From: a virus
Taxonomy: Duplodnaviria; Caudoviricetes
IMG/VR virus record: IMGVR_UViG_3300034071_001431
Coordinates: 1 to 64,000 of that record
Length of the DNA: 64,000 bases
Strand: one strand, 5' to 3'
This document shows positions 49,855 through 58,624 of the stretch, in pieces. The position numbers and the translations under genes are program-made. Each line of letters begins with the position of its first letter. The first letter of the stretch is position 1. The notes beneath the pieces are model-generated. The model saw only the letters and a list, made by a program, of their open reading frames with translations. It ran no database searches and was not told where the DNA came from.

Positions 49855-50675
49855 GTGTAAAACTTCTGTTCGTATTCTTCTTCTTCAGCCTTTGGCACAT
49901 GCCCAATTAGTTTAATCATCCAAAAACCAAAGTCCCAATCTCTTGCAGTAAACTTATTTCTACATGCTGCAGGACGGGCATGATGGTTATTATGATTACC
50001 ATCACCTGGCACAAATACTGATGCTAGTTGACTGTTAAATGTTAAATCATCACTATCAAAGTTAGTATATCCAATTAATTTATGCAACCATGTTTTATGT
50101 GCTAATACAGTAATGTAACTAATTGCAGTAAAGCCGTAGATAACAGGAATAAAGTAAAAATAGCATAATAATTTAATATCAATTAATGCCAATACCACAA
50201 TGTACGCTATTACAATTTTAAAATAGTACTTGTGGAAAAACTTATGCAACGGGTCAACAGTTAAGTCCTTTACTGTACGTGGGCTTATGTGGTATGTTGG
50301 AAAATAATAGAACCAAAGTTTAATTGACCTCCATGCACTTTCGTTAATATTCGGACTATGCGGGTCTTCGGGCTTGTCAGAAAATTTGTGATGTTTACGA
50401 TGAGTTGCGGCCCAACTAATATTACTACCAAGACTTAATATAGTACTACAAAATAGCATAAAGCCTTTAATAGCATCATTCTTTGTTTCAAAACTTCTAT
50501 GACTACTATATTTGTGCAACCCACAACTTGCACCAAGTAAAAATATCAACCAAGAAAATATTAGACTAGGAACTAGCCAGTGCCAATCGAACTGCCATAG
50601 CAGTGTGTAAACAAACCCTCCATATGCAAATGCTTGTAAAAGTTTTGCTTTGGCATCTAAACTAAGTTTAATCAT
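49851..50675 (-). CDS. membrane fatty-acid desaturase
   Basis: HKYSSH, HRKHH, DPHSP, HNNHH. Confidence 0.88.
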   Translation of the reverse strand: MIKLSLDAKAKLLQAFAYGGFVYTLLWQFDWHWLVPSLIFSWLIFLLGASCGLHKYSSHRSFETKNDAIKGFMLFCSTILSLGSNISWAATHRKHHKFSDKPEDPHSPNINESAWRSIKLWFYYFPTYHISPRTVKDLTVDPLHKFFHKYYFKIVIAYIVVLALIDIKLLCYFYFIPVIYGFTAISYITVLAHKTWLHKLIGYTNFDSDDLTFNSQLASVFVPGDGNHNNHHARPAACRNKFTARDWDFGFWMIKLIGHVPKAEEEEYEQKFYT

Positions 50676-50719
50676 ACTATCCCCTATGCTGTTATTTATA
50701 ATACAGGTTGTGTGGCCAT

Positions 50720-50745
50720 AAAAAAAGGCACCGAAGTGCCTTTTT
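50720..50745. terminator. bidirectional rho-independent terminator
   Basis: aaaaaaggcac-cgaa-gtgcctttttt (UUCG loop on the minus strand). Confidence 0.88.
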
Positions 50746-50756
50746 ATTAGTTCAAA

Positions 50757-51341
50757 TTAGAACTTAACCAAATAACCTAGGTTGTAACCAATAAACTCGC
50801 TAGCGCCATAACTACGATCCACGCCCAATGTCAAAGTTTGATTTTTTGCTAAAGTATAATCTGCACCTAAACGCACAGTATCAGTCTGTTCATTATATGA
50901 ATTATTAAAGCTATCACGGAAACGGTATCCAGCTCTAACTACAAATCCATTTGCCAAATCTAATTTAGCACCAGGTTCTATGCTGTAATAAGAATAGTCA
51001 CTGTTAGTGGTAAATTTATAACCCAAACCGCCACGAGTATATAATGAAATACCGTTAGTTAAACCATAAGCGTAAGTAACTCCAGATTCTAATCTAGTGC
51101 TGCTTACTCCGTCATTATTGTTTAATTTTTCTGTACGAAATTGCTCACCTAAATCGATAGTTAAATTATCAGATAACTTGCGACCAACTGTAAAGTTTAC
51201 ACCTTGACGATTTGTATCTTGGCTGTCGCTGGCTACGGTATCACGGAATGTATATTGTAAATGTACAAAGTTTTTGTTATCTTCTGCAAATGCTTGTGTT
51301 GCTGATACTGCTAATAATAATGCTAATAAAATTTTACTCAT
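50757..51341 (-). CDS. outer-membrane beta-barrel (porin-like)
   Basis: signal peptide ending AFA, amphipathic strands, C-terminal YLVKF beta-signal. Confidence 0.8.
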   Translation of the reverse strand: MSKILLALLLAVSATQAFAEDNKNFVHLQYTFRDTVASDSQDTNRQGVNFTVGRKLSDNLTIDLGEQFRTEKLNNNDGVSSTRLESGVTYAYGLTNGISLYTRGGLGYKFTTNSDYSYYSIEPGAKLDLANGFVVRAGYRFRDSFNNSYNEQTDTVRLGADYTLAKNQTLTLGVDRSYGASEFIGYNLGYLVKF

Positions 51342-51450
51342 TGATAATACTCCTTAATTGATACACTATGACTTATAGTATTTGTATAGTGTATATGTAT
51401 TTATCAGTGGTGTCAACCTTTTTGTTGTTTTTTGATACTAGGTGTTGTTT

Positions 51451-51669
51451 TTATGCAACATCAATTAACTTTGCTTGTGTAACTCGCATCATTAATTCAG
51501 TTGTACCTACCTTAATGTGAATTGGACCATTGAATGTTGCTTGCCGAAGAATAGTTAGCGTTGAGCCAACTTTAATACCGAGTGCATTAATTCGACGAGA
51601 AAGTTCCTCGTCGAATGATAATGCTAATACCTTAACGCTTGCACCAACTTCTGCTTGGTCTAATGTCAT
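51451..51669 (-). CDS. feoA: FeoA family protein
   Basis: RRINALGIKVG..LRQATFNGPI. Confidence 0.85.
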   Translation of the reverse strand: MTLDQAEVGASVKVLALSFDEELSRRINALGIKVGSTLTILRQATFNGPIHIKVGTTELMMRVTQAKLIDVA

Positions 51670-52562
51670 ACATCAACATATTTCAATGCAAAGCCAGTTG
51701 CTTGCGTTTCGTATCCAATGTAACCGCGTGGATTACAAACAATACGTGTTTCACCAATGACATAATCATACGGGTCATGTGTATGACCGTGTACCCATAG
51801 CTTAATCTGTGGACGATACGCTATGAAGTCGCCAAGCTCTGTATAGAACCCACCGTTCATAATCCTATCCCCACGGAATCTATCATGACAGCTTTGCATG
51901 CTTGGTGCGTGATGACCTACAACTACGTATTTCTTAGTAGGATCATTTGCAGTAACATGATTAACATAATCAATTGCTTGCTTGTGATCATTCATTGCAT
52001 CAGTTGGGGTAAACTTGCTTGCTTCTTCCTTAAACTTGTATCCAATAACAGTACGTACAGCATTAAAGTCAATACCATCGTCATACAATGGCACTTTACG
52101 TTGCACCATGTTGTTACCGTTATCAATGCACCTAAAGTCATTCATAGCATTTTTAATACCTGCTAGTGTAAGTGGGTCACCGCCGTTCATATCAGTCCAA
52201 ATAGTAGCACCAATAAATGTAATGTCACCAAGTTCCAATGTTTCTTTTTCAAGTATATGAATGTTTTCGAACTCTGCTAACGCACGTTTAAGAATGCCGT
52301 TTGTGTACTTAACATCACCATCATAGTGTTCGTGATTGCCCACTACGTAAATTACTTTAGGGAACGCTTTGCTTACTTGCGCAAAGAATTCCATATAACG
52401 ATCAGCACGTTTACGATTGCTGTACATGTTCTTGTCTGCTAGTTCAATGTCACGAGCAACACAAATATCGCCAGCTAAGATTAGCACGTCAGCATTTTGG
52501 TCATTGGTTAATTCAATGCTACCAAACTCCAAATGTATATCTGATGCTATTGCTAAACGCAT
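51666..52562 (-). CDS. metallophosphoesterase
   Basis: SDIH, AGDI, GNHE, HH, HGHTH. Confidence 0.9.
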   Translation of the reverse strand: MRLAIASDIHLEFGSIELTNDQNADVLILAGDICVARDIELADKNMYSNRKRADRYMEFFAQVSKAFPKVIYVVGNHEHYDGDVKYTNGILKRALAEFENIHILEKETLELGDITFIGATIWTDMNGGDPLTLAGIKNAMNDFRCIDNGNNMVQRKVPLYDDGIDFNAVRTVIGYKFKEEASKFTPTDAMNDHKQAIDYVNHVTANDPTKKYVVVGHHAPSMQSCHDRFRGDRIMNGGFYTELGDFIAYRPQIKLWVHGHTHDPYDYVIGETRIVCNPRGYIGYETQATGFALKYVDV

Positions 52563-52585
52563 TGCGTTCTCCTTATTAATGTATT

Positions 52586-52614
52586 ATTATACTATGAAAC
52601 GACTGGTTTGTCAA
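52586..52614 (-). promoter_or_regulatory. sigma70 promoter
   Basis: TTGACA-17-TATAAT. Confidence 0.8.
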
Positions 52615-52760
52615 TCGTTTATTTGAATTGTTTCTTTGATGACTTCGTATCCGTTGAGCTTGCTATCGGATACTGTCTTGTCTGCTTTTGCTTCGTTTGT
52701 GTACTTAAATGTGTTTGTTACTACACCATCTTCTTTAATTGTTACTACGTACAATATCAT
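52611..52760 (-). CDS. 49-aa hypothetical protein
   Basis: GGGGA SD and TAAATA upstream; MILYVVTIKEDG. Confidence 0.5.
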   Translation of the reverse strand: MILYVVTIKEDGVVTNTFKYTNEAKADKTVSDSKLNGYEVIKETIQIND

Positions 52761-52806
52761 AAAACTGTCCCCCAATGTATTATTTAACATTAGAGGACAG
52801 ATTATT

Positions 52807-53277
52807 TTATGCCGCTAATACGTGATGTAACCGGTCGGCTGCGTAACTTGCAGCCCATGCGTTTGGTTTAACCATTGGAATAACATTGCAGGTACCGCGA
52901 ATGTAACCAATTGCTTGTGTTACAACACAGCTTGAACCGTGTATTTCATTCGGGTTAATATCAAGATGGACAGCAACATCTCGCCCTTCTAATACTTCGT
53001 GTAGTTTTAAGTACAGTTCAGAAATTTTGTATACTTCGTTCATTAAACGCATACTTGGGCGGTTGCGTTTTTGATCGTAATCTACTTCAGTTGAGCTTTC
53101 ACCAAAGATTTTACAACCGTGTTTACCATCAATGTGAACTACAATCGCCATTGTGTATTCAGCATGCCATACACCATTCTTACGAAAGCGTGTACTATCG
53201 CCACCAATGTAGATTTTAGTTTCATCACTTTGTGCATTGATAAAATCACGTACTTCATCGAAATTCAGTTTTTTCAT
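52807..53277 (-). CDS. RNase H-like YkuK/DUF458 protein
   Basis: IYIGGDS, RLMNEV, VHLDIN, KP.AWAASYAAD. Confidence 0.85.
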   Translation of the reverse strand: MKKLNFDEVRDFINAQSDETKIYIGGDSTRFRKNGVWHAEYTMAIVVHIDGKHGCKIFGESSTEVDYDQKRNRPSMRLMNEVYKISELYLKLHEVLEGRDVAVHLDINPNEIHGSSCVVTQAIGYIRGTCNVIPMVKPNAWAASYAADRLHHVLAA

Positions 53278-53287
53278 ATCCTACCCT

Positions 53288-54052
53288 TTATTCTTTTGTT
53301 ATTTTAGCTAATTTAAAAAATTCTAATAATTTTAGTACACCCCAACCAAGATCAACTTCCCACCATTTCATTGATAATTTAGGAGATGAAGGTCTAGCAT
53401 GATGATTTGCATGTAACTCTTCCCCTCCTTGAAAAATTGCCAATGGCCACATATTAAGAGCGCGGCAACGAGGGTCATACCCTTCATTAACATATCCTAT
53501 GCCGCGATGGGTTGCATACAGCGATAACACCGTACCTATAAATGCGTGATATAATATAAAAATTGCAGGAATAATGCCCGCAATACCAAACAATACAAAT
53601 ATAATACTCAGTGAAATTCTATTTCCAAGATATGGCCAACGTCGACATATATTAATATCTACCCAATTAGTGGGATCGGTTACGTCATCTGCATATTTTT
53701 TGATATCAGCAGGGCTAGTAAAAGTAGACGGGCCACCATAATCGGTTAATTGTTTTATTGAATAAAAGTACGGACTGTGTGGGTCATCTTTTGTATCGGC
53801 ATATTGGTGATGTTTTCTGTGTCTAGTTACACTACGTTTCATCCAGCCCGGTGATATCATTTGCCATGTCGTTAACCATAATATAAGACTAGTTAATTGA
53901 ACGATAACCGGATGTAGCACTGCCATTTGATGGGCTTGTACTCTATGCATGTATATTGAGTAAGTTAATCCTTGCAATTGAATTATAATAAATGCCAATA
54001 CAACCGCTCCGTGCCAGCCCGATGTGCCAACTACTCCGAAAATATATGTCAT
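53288..54052 (-). CDS. membrane fatty-acid desaturase (DesA-like)
   Basis: YMHRVQAH, HRKHH, DPHSP, GEELHANHH, WWEVDLG. Confidence 0.9.
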   Translation of the reverse strand: MTYIFGVVGTSGWHGAVVLAFIIIQLQGLTYSIYMHRVQAHQMAVLHPVIVQLTSLILWLTTWQMISPGWMKRSVTRHRKHHQYADTKDDPHSPYFYSIKQLTDYGGPSTFTSPADIKKYADDVTDPTNWVDINICRRWPYLGNRISLSIIFVLFGIAGIIPAIFILYHAFIGTVLSLYATHRGIGYVNEGYDPRCRALNMWPLAIFQGGEELHANHHARPSSPKLSMKWWEVDLGWGVLKLLEFFKLAKITKE

Positions 54053-54084
54053 ATATTACCCTTTATTGTATTTACTATTAGTAT

Positions 54085-54160
54085 TGGTGCAACCTGTAGG
54101 AATCGAACCTACTTCAACGGTTCTTCAAACCGCCGCTATGACCACATCAGCTAAAGTTGC
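54085..54160 (-). tRNA. tRNA-Phe(GAA)
   Basis: cloverleaf, GCGGT-TTGAAGA-ACCGT, encoded CCA. Confidence 0.88.
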
Positions 54161-54161
54161 T

Positions 54162-54353
54162 TTAATCTATTACTAGGTTTTGTTCGAGTACTTGCTTGAC
54201 TTTGTGTGCCTCTGCAATAAGCTCAGCAATCTTTTCATCAATGTTAGCATACGTTACGTCACGTACATCAATGCTAACAGTAAACTTAGTATCTAAACAA
54301 AGTTCCTTGTTAGCATTTTTGGATATTTTACCCGAAGGTGATAACTTAATCAT
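54162..54353 (-). CDS. hypothetical protein
   Basis: AAGGAG SD. Confidence 0.6.
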   Translation of the reverse strand: MIKLSPSGKISKNANKELCLDTKFTVSIDVRDVTYANIDEKIAELIAEAHKVKQVLEQNLVID

Positions 54354-54364
54354 ATACTACTCCT

Positions 54365-54853
54365 TTACATATTGCTTTTAGTTAAGTGATGTCTATAATC
54401 ATCACGCCAATTGTGTTGCTCGTCTGGGTTATGTGTTAACCCTAACAGCTTCATTAGTTTGTGTTTAACACGTAGGTTAGGACTACGAAACTTTTCAGTA
54501 TCTCTAAAGCCCATCATAACACCAATCTCTACTACTGCACCGCTACGACATAAACCTGCATGACAGTGAACAACAATGTTTATATGCTCAGCTAACGCAC
54601 GTTGTAGCAACTGTAAAATTGCTTCTGCTTGCGCATCGCTAATCAATGGCTCTTCACCGTACTCTGCAACATCGGTATCTTCTGCATCTAAAAACTTAAA
54701 CTGATGCACTTCTTTAAATGCATGCTTTGGTGTTGGAAAAAGAGTAATAGGGTCAACGATTTGAATAAGCATAGAGTTAGCGCCAGCATCAAAGTGCTCG
54801 CCTACTTGTATGTCTTTCATACTAACGTTTTCAATCCATGGTTTAATCATCAT
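54365..54853 (-). CDS. Cys-dependent protein tyrosine/dual-specificity phosphatase
   Basis: VHCHAGLCRS (HCx5R). Confidence 0.85.
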   Translation of the reverse strand: MMIKPWIENVSMKDIQVGEHFDAGANSMLIQIVDPITLFPTPKHAFKEVHQFKFLDAEDTDVAEYGEEPLISDAQAEAILQLLQRALAEHINIVVHCHAGLCRSGAVVEIGVMMGFRDTEKFRSPNLRVKHKLMKLLGLTHNPDEQHNWRDDYRHHLTKSNM

Positions 54854-55220
54854 ATTCATCCTTATAATACTCGGGGTGTTTAGCTCTTACAATAAGATGT
54901 GTGCCCATTGCACTTCCACTGCTAAACTGTGCTCCTACCTTAAACTTTCTTCCGTTAAGTGTAAATGGTATTAATACACTATCGCCATTCCACCAACTAC
55001 GCTGTATACTAATATATCCATCTGCACCTAACTGCTCGCGCAACTTAGCAAACTCTGGGTGGTCAGCCGAACTCGTAGTCGAACATTCGCCCTTACCTTG
55101 TATAATTAAAATAAGTTCTTCTGCTGTGGGTACACGACCATTGCGTGTATACGTGTTCCACTCATCACGAATAGTTACACTTGTTAAGTATTCTGGGTCG
55201 ATTGTAAAGTCCACTACCAT
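54843..55220 (-). CDS. hypothetical protein
   Basis: DHPEF..LR..L...GYI...WWNGD. Confidence 0.65.
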   Translation of the reverse strand: MVVDFTIDPEYLTSVTIRDEWNTYTRNGRVPTAEELILIIQGKGECSTTSSADHPEFAKLREQLGADGYISIQRSWWNGDSVLIPFTLNGRKFKVGAQFSSGSAMGTHLIVRAKHPEYYKDEYDD

Positions 55221-55474
55221 ACCTCACTTTTTAATATCTGTAGCATTACTTCTTGCTGTTCTTCTTCGGTTAGCTTTGCTAACTCAGGGCGATCTCTATG
55301 CTTATACCAAATCATATTACCATCAACAGTTAGTGTAACTATAGTATGTGCCTTGTAGACAAGTTGTCCGGGTAGTTGTGTACCGCGATATACCACATAC
55401 TGCCCGACGGTTCTACTACTGAACGCACGGTTCATATCTGCACCAAGTGGCCCCATGTCGCAATAGTATGTCAT
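55214..55474 (-). CDS. hypothetical protein
   Basis: operon ORF, ATGA coupling. Confidence 0.6.
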   Translation of the reverse strand: MTYYCDMGPLGADMNRAFSSRTVGQYVVYRGTQLPGQLVYKAHTIVTLTVDGNMIWYKHRDRPELAKLTEEEQQEVMLQILKSEVW

Positions 55475-55653
55475 CGTTTCTTTCTAATGTTTCTATTGTA
55501 CACTTCACCGTTTGGAAGTTTACCATCTATTACGCCAGCAACTCCCATCTTTCCTACAATGATAAGTTCTTCTGGCTTAATAGTTTGTAGTGCTTCTTTA
55601 TCTTTAATCCATTGCGGTTTTAATTTAGAAGTCATATACTTTTGGTTTTCCAT
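55471..55653 (-). CDS. hypothetical protein
   Basis: GVAGVIDGKLPNGEVY. Confidence 0.6.
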   Translation of the reverse strand: MENQKYMTSKLKPQWIKDKEALQTIKPEELIIVGKMGVAGVIDGKLPNGEVYNRNIRKKR

Positions 55654-55987
55654 CTGTGTGTAAATAATGCCACAACACTTTCTTATCGAAGTCTGCTCGT
55701 ATAGTCGGGTCACTGCACCATTTTTTAACTATGTCAGCATTACCATAACTATTGTGTGGTGCATGATGTACAATCCATTTGGCAATATTTGCCATTGATG
55801 GACTGTTTGCATGATCTGCTTTAAATGCCGCAGTAAACAGATCACCCTCGAGCATAGCAGTTAAAAAACTACCCGGCTCCATACCATGTACAAAGTATCG
55901 TACCAATGCTTCGTGGGCAGGTTTCGGAATACTATACGTTGTCTGCCAGTCATTGTATTCTAACCAATCTAATTCACTGTGTGCCAT
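55625..55987 (-). CDS. hypothetical protein
   Basis: YFVHGMEPGSFLTA..AD. Confidence 0.65.
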   Translation of the reverse strand: MAHSELDWLEYNDWQTTYSIPKPAHEALVRYFVHGMEPGSFLTAMLEGDLFTAAFKADHANSPSMANIAKWIVHHAPHNSYGNADIVKKWCSDPTIRADFDKKVLWHYLHTDGKPKVYDF

Positions 55988-55988
55988 G

Positions 55989-56387
55989 TTACTGCTCTCT
56001 TTTAAAAGAAACTTCCTCTGAATAGTAACCGTTGCTTGAACCATACCATCTGATGTCAACGTACCCTTTGCGAGTTGCTAATTTATAAAATGTCCATGTG
56101 TGTGACCCGTATTCATCTTCTTCTACTTCACCTGCAGATTTAATCAAGTCAAATAAGTTTTGTGCTTCTTCTGCCATTAAGATTTCTTCGCCAACTAAGT
56201 CAGCTAAGTCACCAACGATAGATTCGATTGATACTGATTCACAACAAGATTGTTCGTGATACAAAGTGTATACTTCGCCGTCTGTAGTCACAAACTTCAT
56301 TTCATCGTTGTATTCGTTGACTACTACGCTTGTCAACACTTTACCTTTTAATTCGTTAAATTCTACTTCTTTATAGTTGTAAGACAT
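55989..56387 (-). CDS. hypothetical protein
   Basis: GGAGG SD; HEQSCCE, WTFY, SNGYYSE; promoter at 56414-56442. Confidence 0.7.
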   Translation of the reverse strand: MSYNYKEVEFNELKGKVLTSVVVNEYNDEMKFVTTDGEVYTLYHEQSCCESVSIESIVGDLADLVGEEILMAEEAQNLFDLIKSAGEVEEDEYGSHTWTFYKLATRKGYVDIRWYGSSNGYYSEEVSFKREQ

Positions 56388-56450
56388 AATAGCCTCCTTT
56401 TTTAATTAAGTGTATTATACATTCATATTGTTGTTTTGTCAATCGAAATT

Positions 56451-56524
56451 TGGAGCGGCTAGCGAGAATCGAACTCGCGATTAAACTTTGGCAAAGTTTT
56501 AGGTTTCCATTACATCATAGCCGC
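56451..56524 (-). tRNA. tRNA-Gly(GCC)
   Basis: cloverleaf with CCA. Confidence 0.9.
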
Positions 56525-56533
56525 ATTTTAATC

Positions 56534-56597
56534 TTACTGCTCAGTAACATTTGAACTGATTTAGCCGGTTTTGACGGCAAATGTTACTGAGCAGTAA
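56534..56597. repeat. 20-bp perfect inverted repeat
   Basis: ttactgctcagtaacatttg ... caaatgttactgagcagtaa. Confidence 0.9.
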
Positions 56598-56606
56598 CAT
56601 TTTATT

Positions 56607-56684
56607 TGGTGCGCCCGGAGGAAATCGAATCCCCAACCTCATGCTTCGTAGGCATGTGCTCTAATCCAATTGAGCTACGGTCGC
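56607..56684 (-). tRNA. tRNA-Arg(ACG)
   Basis: CATGC-CTACGAA-GCATG. Confidence 0.9.
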
Positions 56685-56763
56685 ATTAAAACTACTATGC
56701 TAGTATTTTAGAAGTATTATAAGGATAGTTGCCTAAAATACTACTATACTAGCTTTTATGATT

Positions 56764-56833
56764 TGGAGCCCCCGAACGGTATCGAACCGCTTCTTTCGGC
56801 TTCGAAGGCCAAAGTCCGTCCATCGGCGGGGGC
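56764..56833 (-). tRNA. tRNA-Arg(TCG), truncated D-arm
   Basis: 70 nt; TTGGC-CTTCGAA-GCCGA; normal T-arm and CCA. Confidence 0.75.
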
Positions 56834-56839
56834 ATTGTT

Positions 56840-56916
56840 TGGTAGAGATGGTAGGATTTGAACCTACGGTAGCTTGCGTATGAAGCAAGTGCATTAGGCC
56901 ACTATGCTACATCTCT
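56840..56916 (-). tRNA. tRNA(CAT): Ile2 or elongator Met
   Basis: CTTGC-TTCATAC-GCAAG. Confidence 0.85.
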
Positions 56917-56926
56917 ATATCGAAAG

Positions 56927-57003
56927 TGGAGTATGTGACAGGAGTCGAACCTGCATAATACGGGGTTGCAATCCGCAGCTTATCCATTCAGCTACACACA
57001 TAC
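56927..57003 (-). tRNA. tRNA-Cys(GCA)
   Basis: anticodon loop TTGCAAC, U73 discriminator. Confidence 0.85.
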
Positions 57004-57009
57004 ATTGTT

Positions 57010-57085
57010 TGGCACCCCCTGATGGACTCGAACCACCGAATGACAGGATCAAAACCTGTTGCCTTACCAGCTTGGCGAAGAGGGT
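57010..57085 (-). tRNA. tRNA-Gln(TTG)
   Basis: ACAGG-TTTTGAT-CCTGT. Confidence 0.9.
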
Positions 57086-57098
57086 ATAAGTGATATTT

Positions 57099-57233
57099 TT
57101 AGAATGAGTTGGGAGTTATCCTCCCCGGATGTCCGTAATCCTAAGTTCGAGGTTGCAACTCCTTAGGGGTCACTAGTAAATTCTAGCTATAGCAGGGTGC
57201 GCATTGTTAAGTGGCGAGCCCGGACAATTCTTT
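57099..57233 (-). ncRNA. candidate structured RNA
   Basis: nested stems agaat/attct, tgtccg/cggaca, cctaag/cttagg, gggag/ctccc. Confidence 0.45.
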
Positions 57234-57236
57234 GTT

Positions 57237-57311
57237 TGGTCCGGCGTGAGGGAATCGAACCCCCAACTAGGGAGTAGAAATCCCCTGTTATGTCCATTTA
57301 ACTAACACCGG
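57237..57311 (-). tRNA. tRNA-Arg(TCT)
   Basis: GGGGA-TTTCTAC-TCCCT. Confidence 0.9.
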
Positions 57312-57317
57312 AATTAC

Positions 57318-57407
57318 TGGCGGAGAGTCAGGGAGTCGAACCCTGTCAACCGTATAAAGGGTTGTACACCTTAGCAGGGTGGTGCCTTACCGTCCGGCCC
57401 ACTCTCC
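57318..57407 (-). tRNA. tRNA-Ser(GCT)
   Basis: long variable arm, G73. Confidence 0.9.
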
Positions 57408-57417
57408 AAATGCTATA

Positions 57418-57828
57418 TTACATTGTTACTTTAGGTTTTGCTTGTTTTTTATTATTTTTAAGTATGCCATATACAGCACCGCATAACCATTGCCCTTGTG
57501 CATCATACATCTTGTCACCGCTAATGTCCCAAAAGTATGTATTGGATTCACCGCTTGGATAAGCATTAATTAATGTGCCACGTTGCTTTAATAAGCATTC
57601 TTCAACATCAATAGCAGATACAAATACAAGGTCGGTGTTTACATATTGCATATTGACAAATATACCTGTACTTTTTTTAGTACCTTTTTTGTATTCTTTA
57701 ACCTTTACTGATTCAACATCAGCAATTAAACGTACTCCATCACCCGAATCAGTTACCACTGCCCAATTTTCAGCGTGTGCTGTGATTGTAAACAAAAGTG
57801 CTAACGATAATACTACAGTGCGTAACAT
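57418..57828 (-). CDS. secreted/periplasmic protein
   Basis: signal peptide ending AHA, two Cys. Confidence 0.7.
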   Translation of the reverse strand: MLRTVVLSLALLFTITAHAENWAVVTDSGDGVRLIADVESVKVKEYKKGTKKSTGIFVNMQYVNTDLVFVSAIDVEECLLKQRGTLINAYPSGESNTYFWDISGDKMYDAQGQWLCGAVYGILKNNKKQAKPKVTM

Positions 57829-57846
57829 ATTATTCCTTAATAAAAT

Positions 57847-57936
57847 TGGCGGAAGCGGTGAGATTCGAACTCACGGAGCATTTCTGCTCGGCAGTTTTCA
57901 AGACTGCAGCCATAAACCAGACTCGACCACACTTCC
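57847..57936 (-). tRNA. tRNA-Ser(TGA)
   Basis: long variable arm. Confidence 0.92.
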
Positions 57937-57959
57937 ATTTAAAATTTATTATAGCAAGT

Positions 57960-58070
57960 CACCGCCTTATTCGTCAACCGAAGTTGTGATCTTTTCCTTG
58001 CCTGACAGCTTTTTCAACTAGGGTTTTTCAATACTACCTGGATGCTGTTTACCCCAAACACGTAGCGGTA
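57960..58070 (-). ncRNA. candidate structured RNA
   Basis: accgc/gcggt closing stem, caac-UUCG-gttg hairpin, cagc/gctg. Confidence 0.35.
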
Positions 58071-58081
58071 CAAAGATTCTT

Positions 58082-58156
58082 TGGTGCATCGAGAAGGTAA
58101 CGATCCTTCCGCCTATCGCTTATCAAGCGAGTGCTCTACCTCTGAGCTACCGATGC
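58082..58156 (-). tRNA. tRNA-Ile(GAT)
   Basis: anticodon loop TTGATAA; atypical T-loop ATCGTTA. Confidence 0.88.
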
Positions 58157-58166
58157 ATATAAAAGG

Positions 58167-58305
58167 TTTTTGAGCGCCTAGCTATCTGTACCGGACAGCC
58201 TTGCTAGATTGTCTCGAATCGGAGAGATCAACATATTTCGCGCAATTCCATAATCCATTGATGCGGACGCTACTTAGGACTCAATCCAACCGTCTATCTC
58301 AAAAC
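58167..58305 (-). ncRNA. candidate structured RNA (tRNA-Asn trailer)
   Basis: ttttgag/ctcaaaa closing stem, ctagc/gctag and ctgt/acag hairpin. Confidence 0.4.
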
Positions 58306-58380
58306 TGGCTCCGAAGGGTGGGATCGAACCACCGACCAAAAGATTAACAGTCTTCTGCGCTACCGCTACGCTACTTCGGA
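58306..58380 (-). tRNA. tRNA-Asn(GTT)
   Basis: cloverleaf, G73. Confidence 0.92.
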
Positions 58381-58387
58381 ATTGACT

Positions 58388-58464
58388 TGGTGGAAGATAA
58401 AGGGATCGAACCTTTGACCTTGGCCTTGTAAGGGCCCTGCTCGTACCAGCTGAGCTAATCTTCC
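58388..58464 (-). tRNA. tRNA-Val(TAC)
   Basis: cloverleaf. Confidence 0.92.
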
Positions 58465-58471
58465 TATAATA

Positions 58472-58547
58472 TGGTGGAGGTGACAAGGATCGAACTTGCT
58501 ACATCCTGCTTGCAAAGCAGGCGCTCTCCCAAATGAGCTACACCCCC
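58472..58547 (-). tRNA. tRNA-Ala(TGC)
   Basis: cloverleaf, G3:U70. Confidence 0.93.
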
Positions 58548-58624
58548 GTATTTCTTTTCTATAATATATAATGTTCATCTACTTTGTTAGTAGTGGACTG
58601 TACCGCGCAGTCACTTTCTATAAT

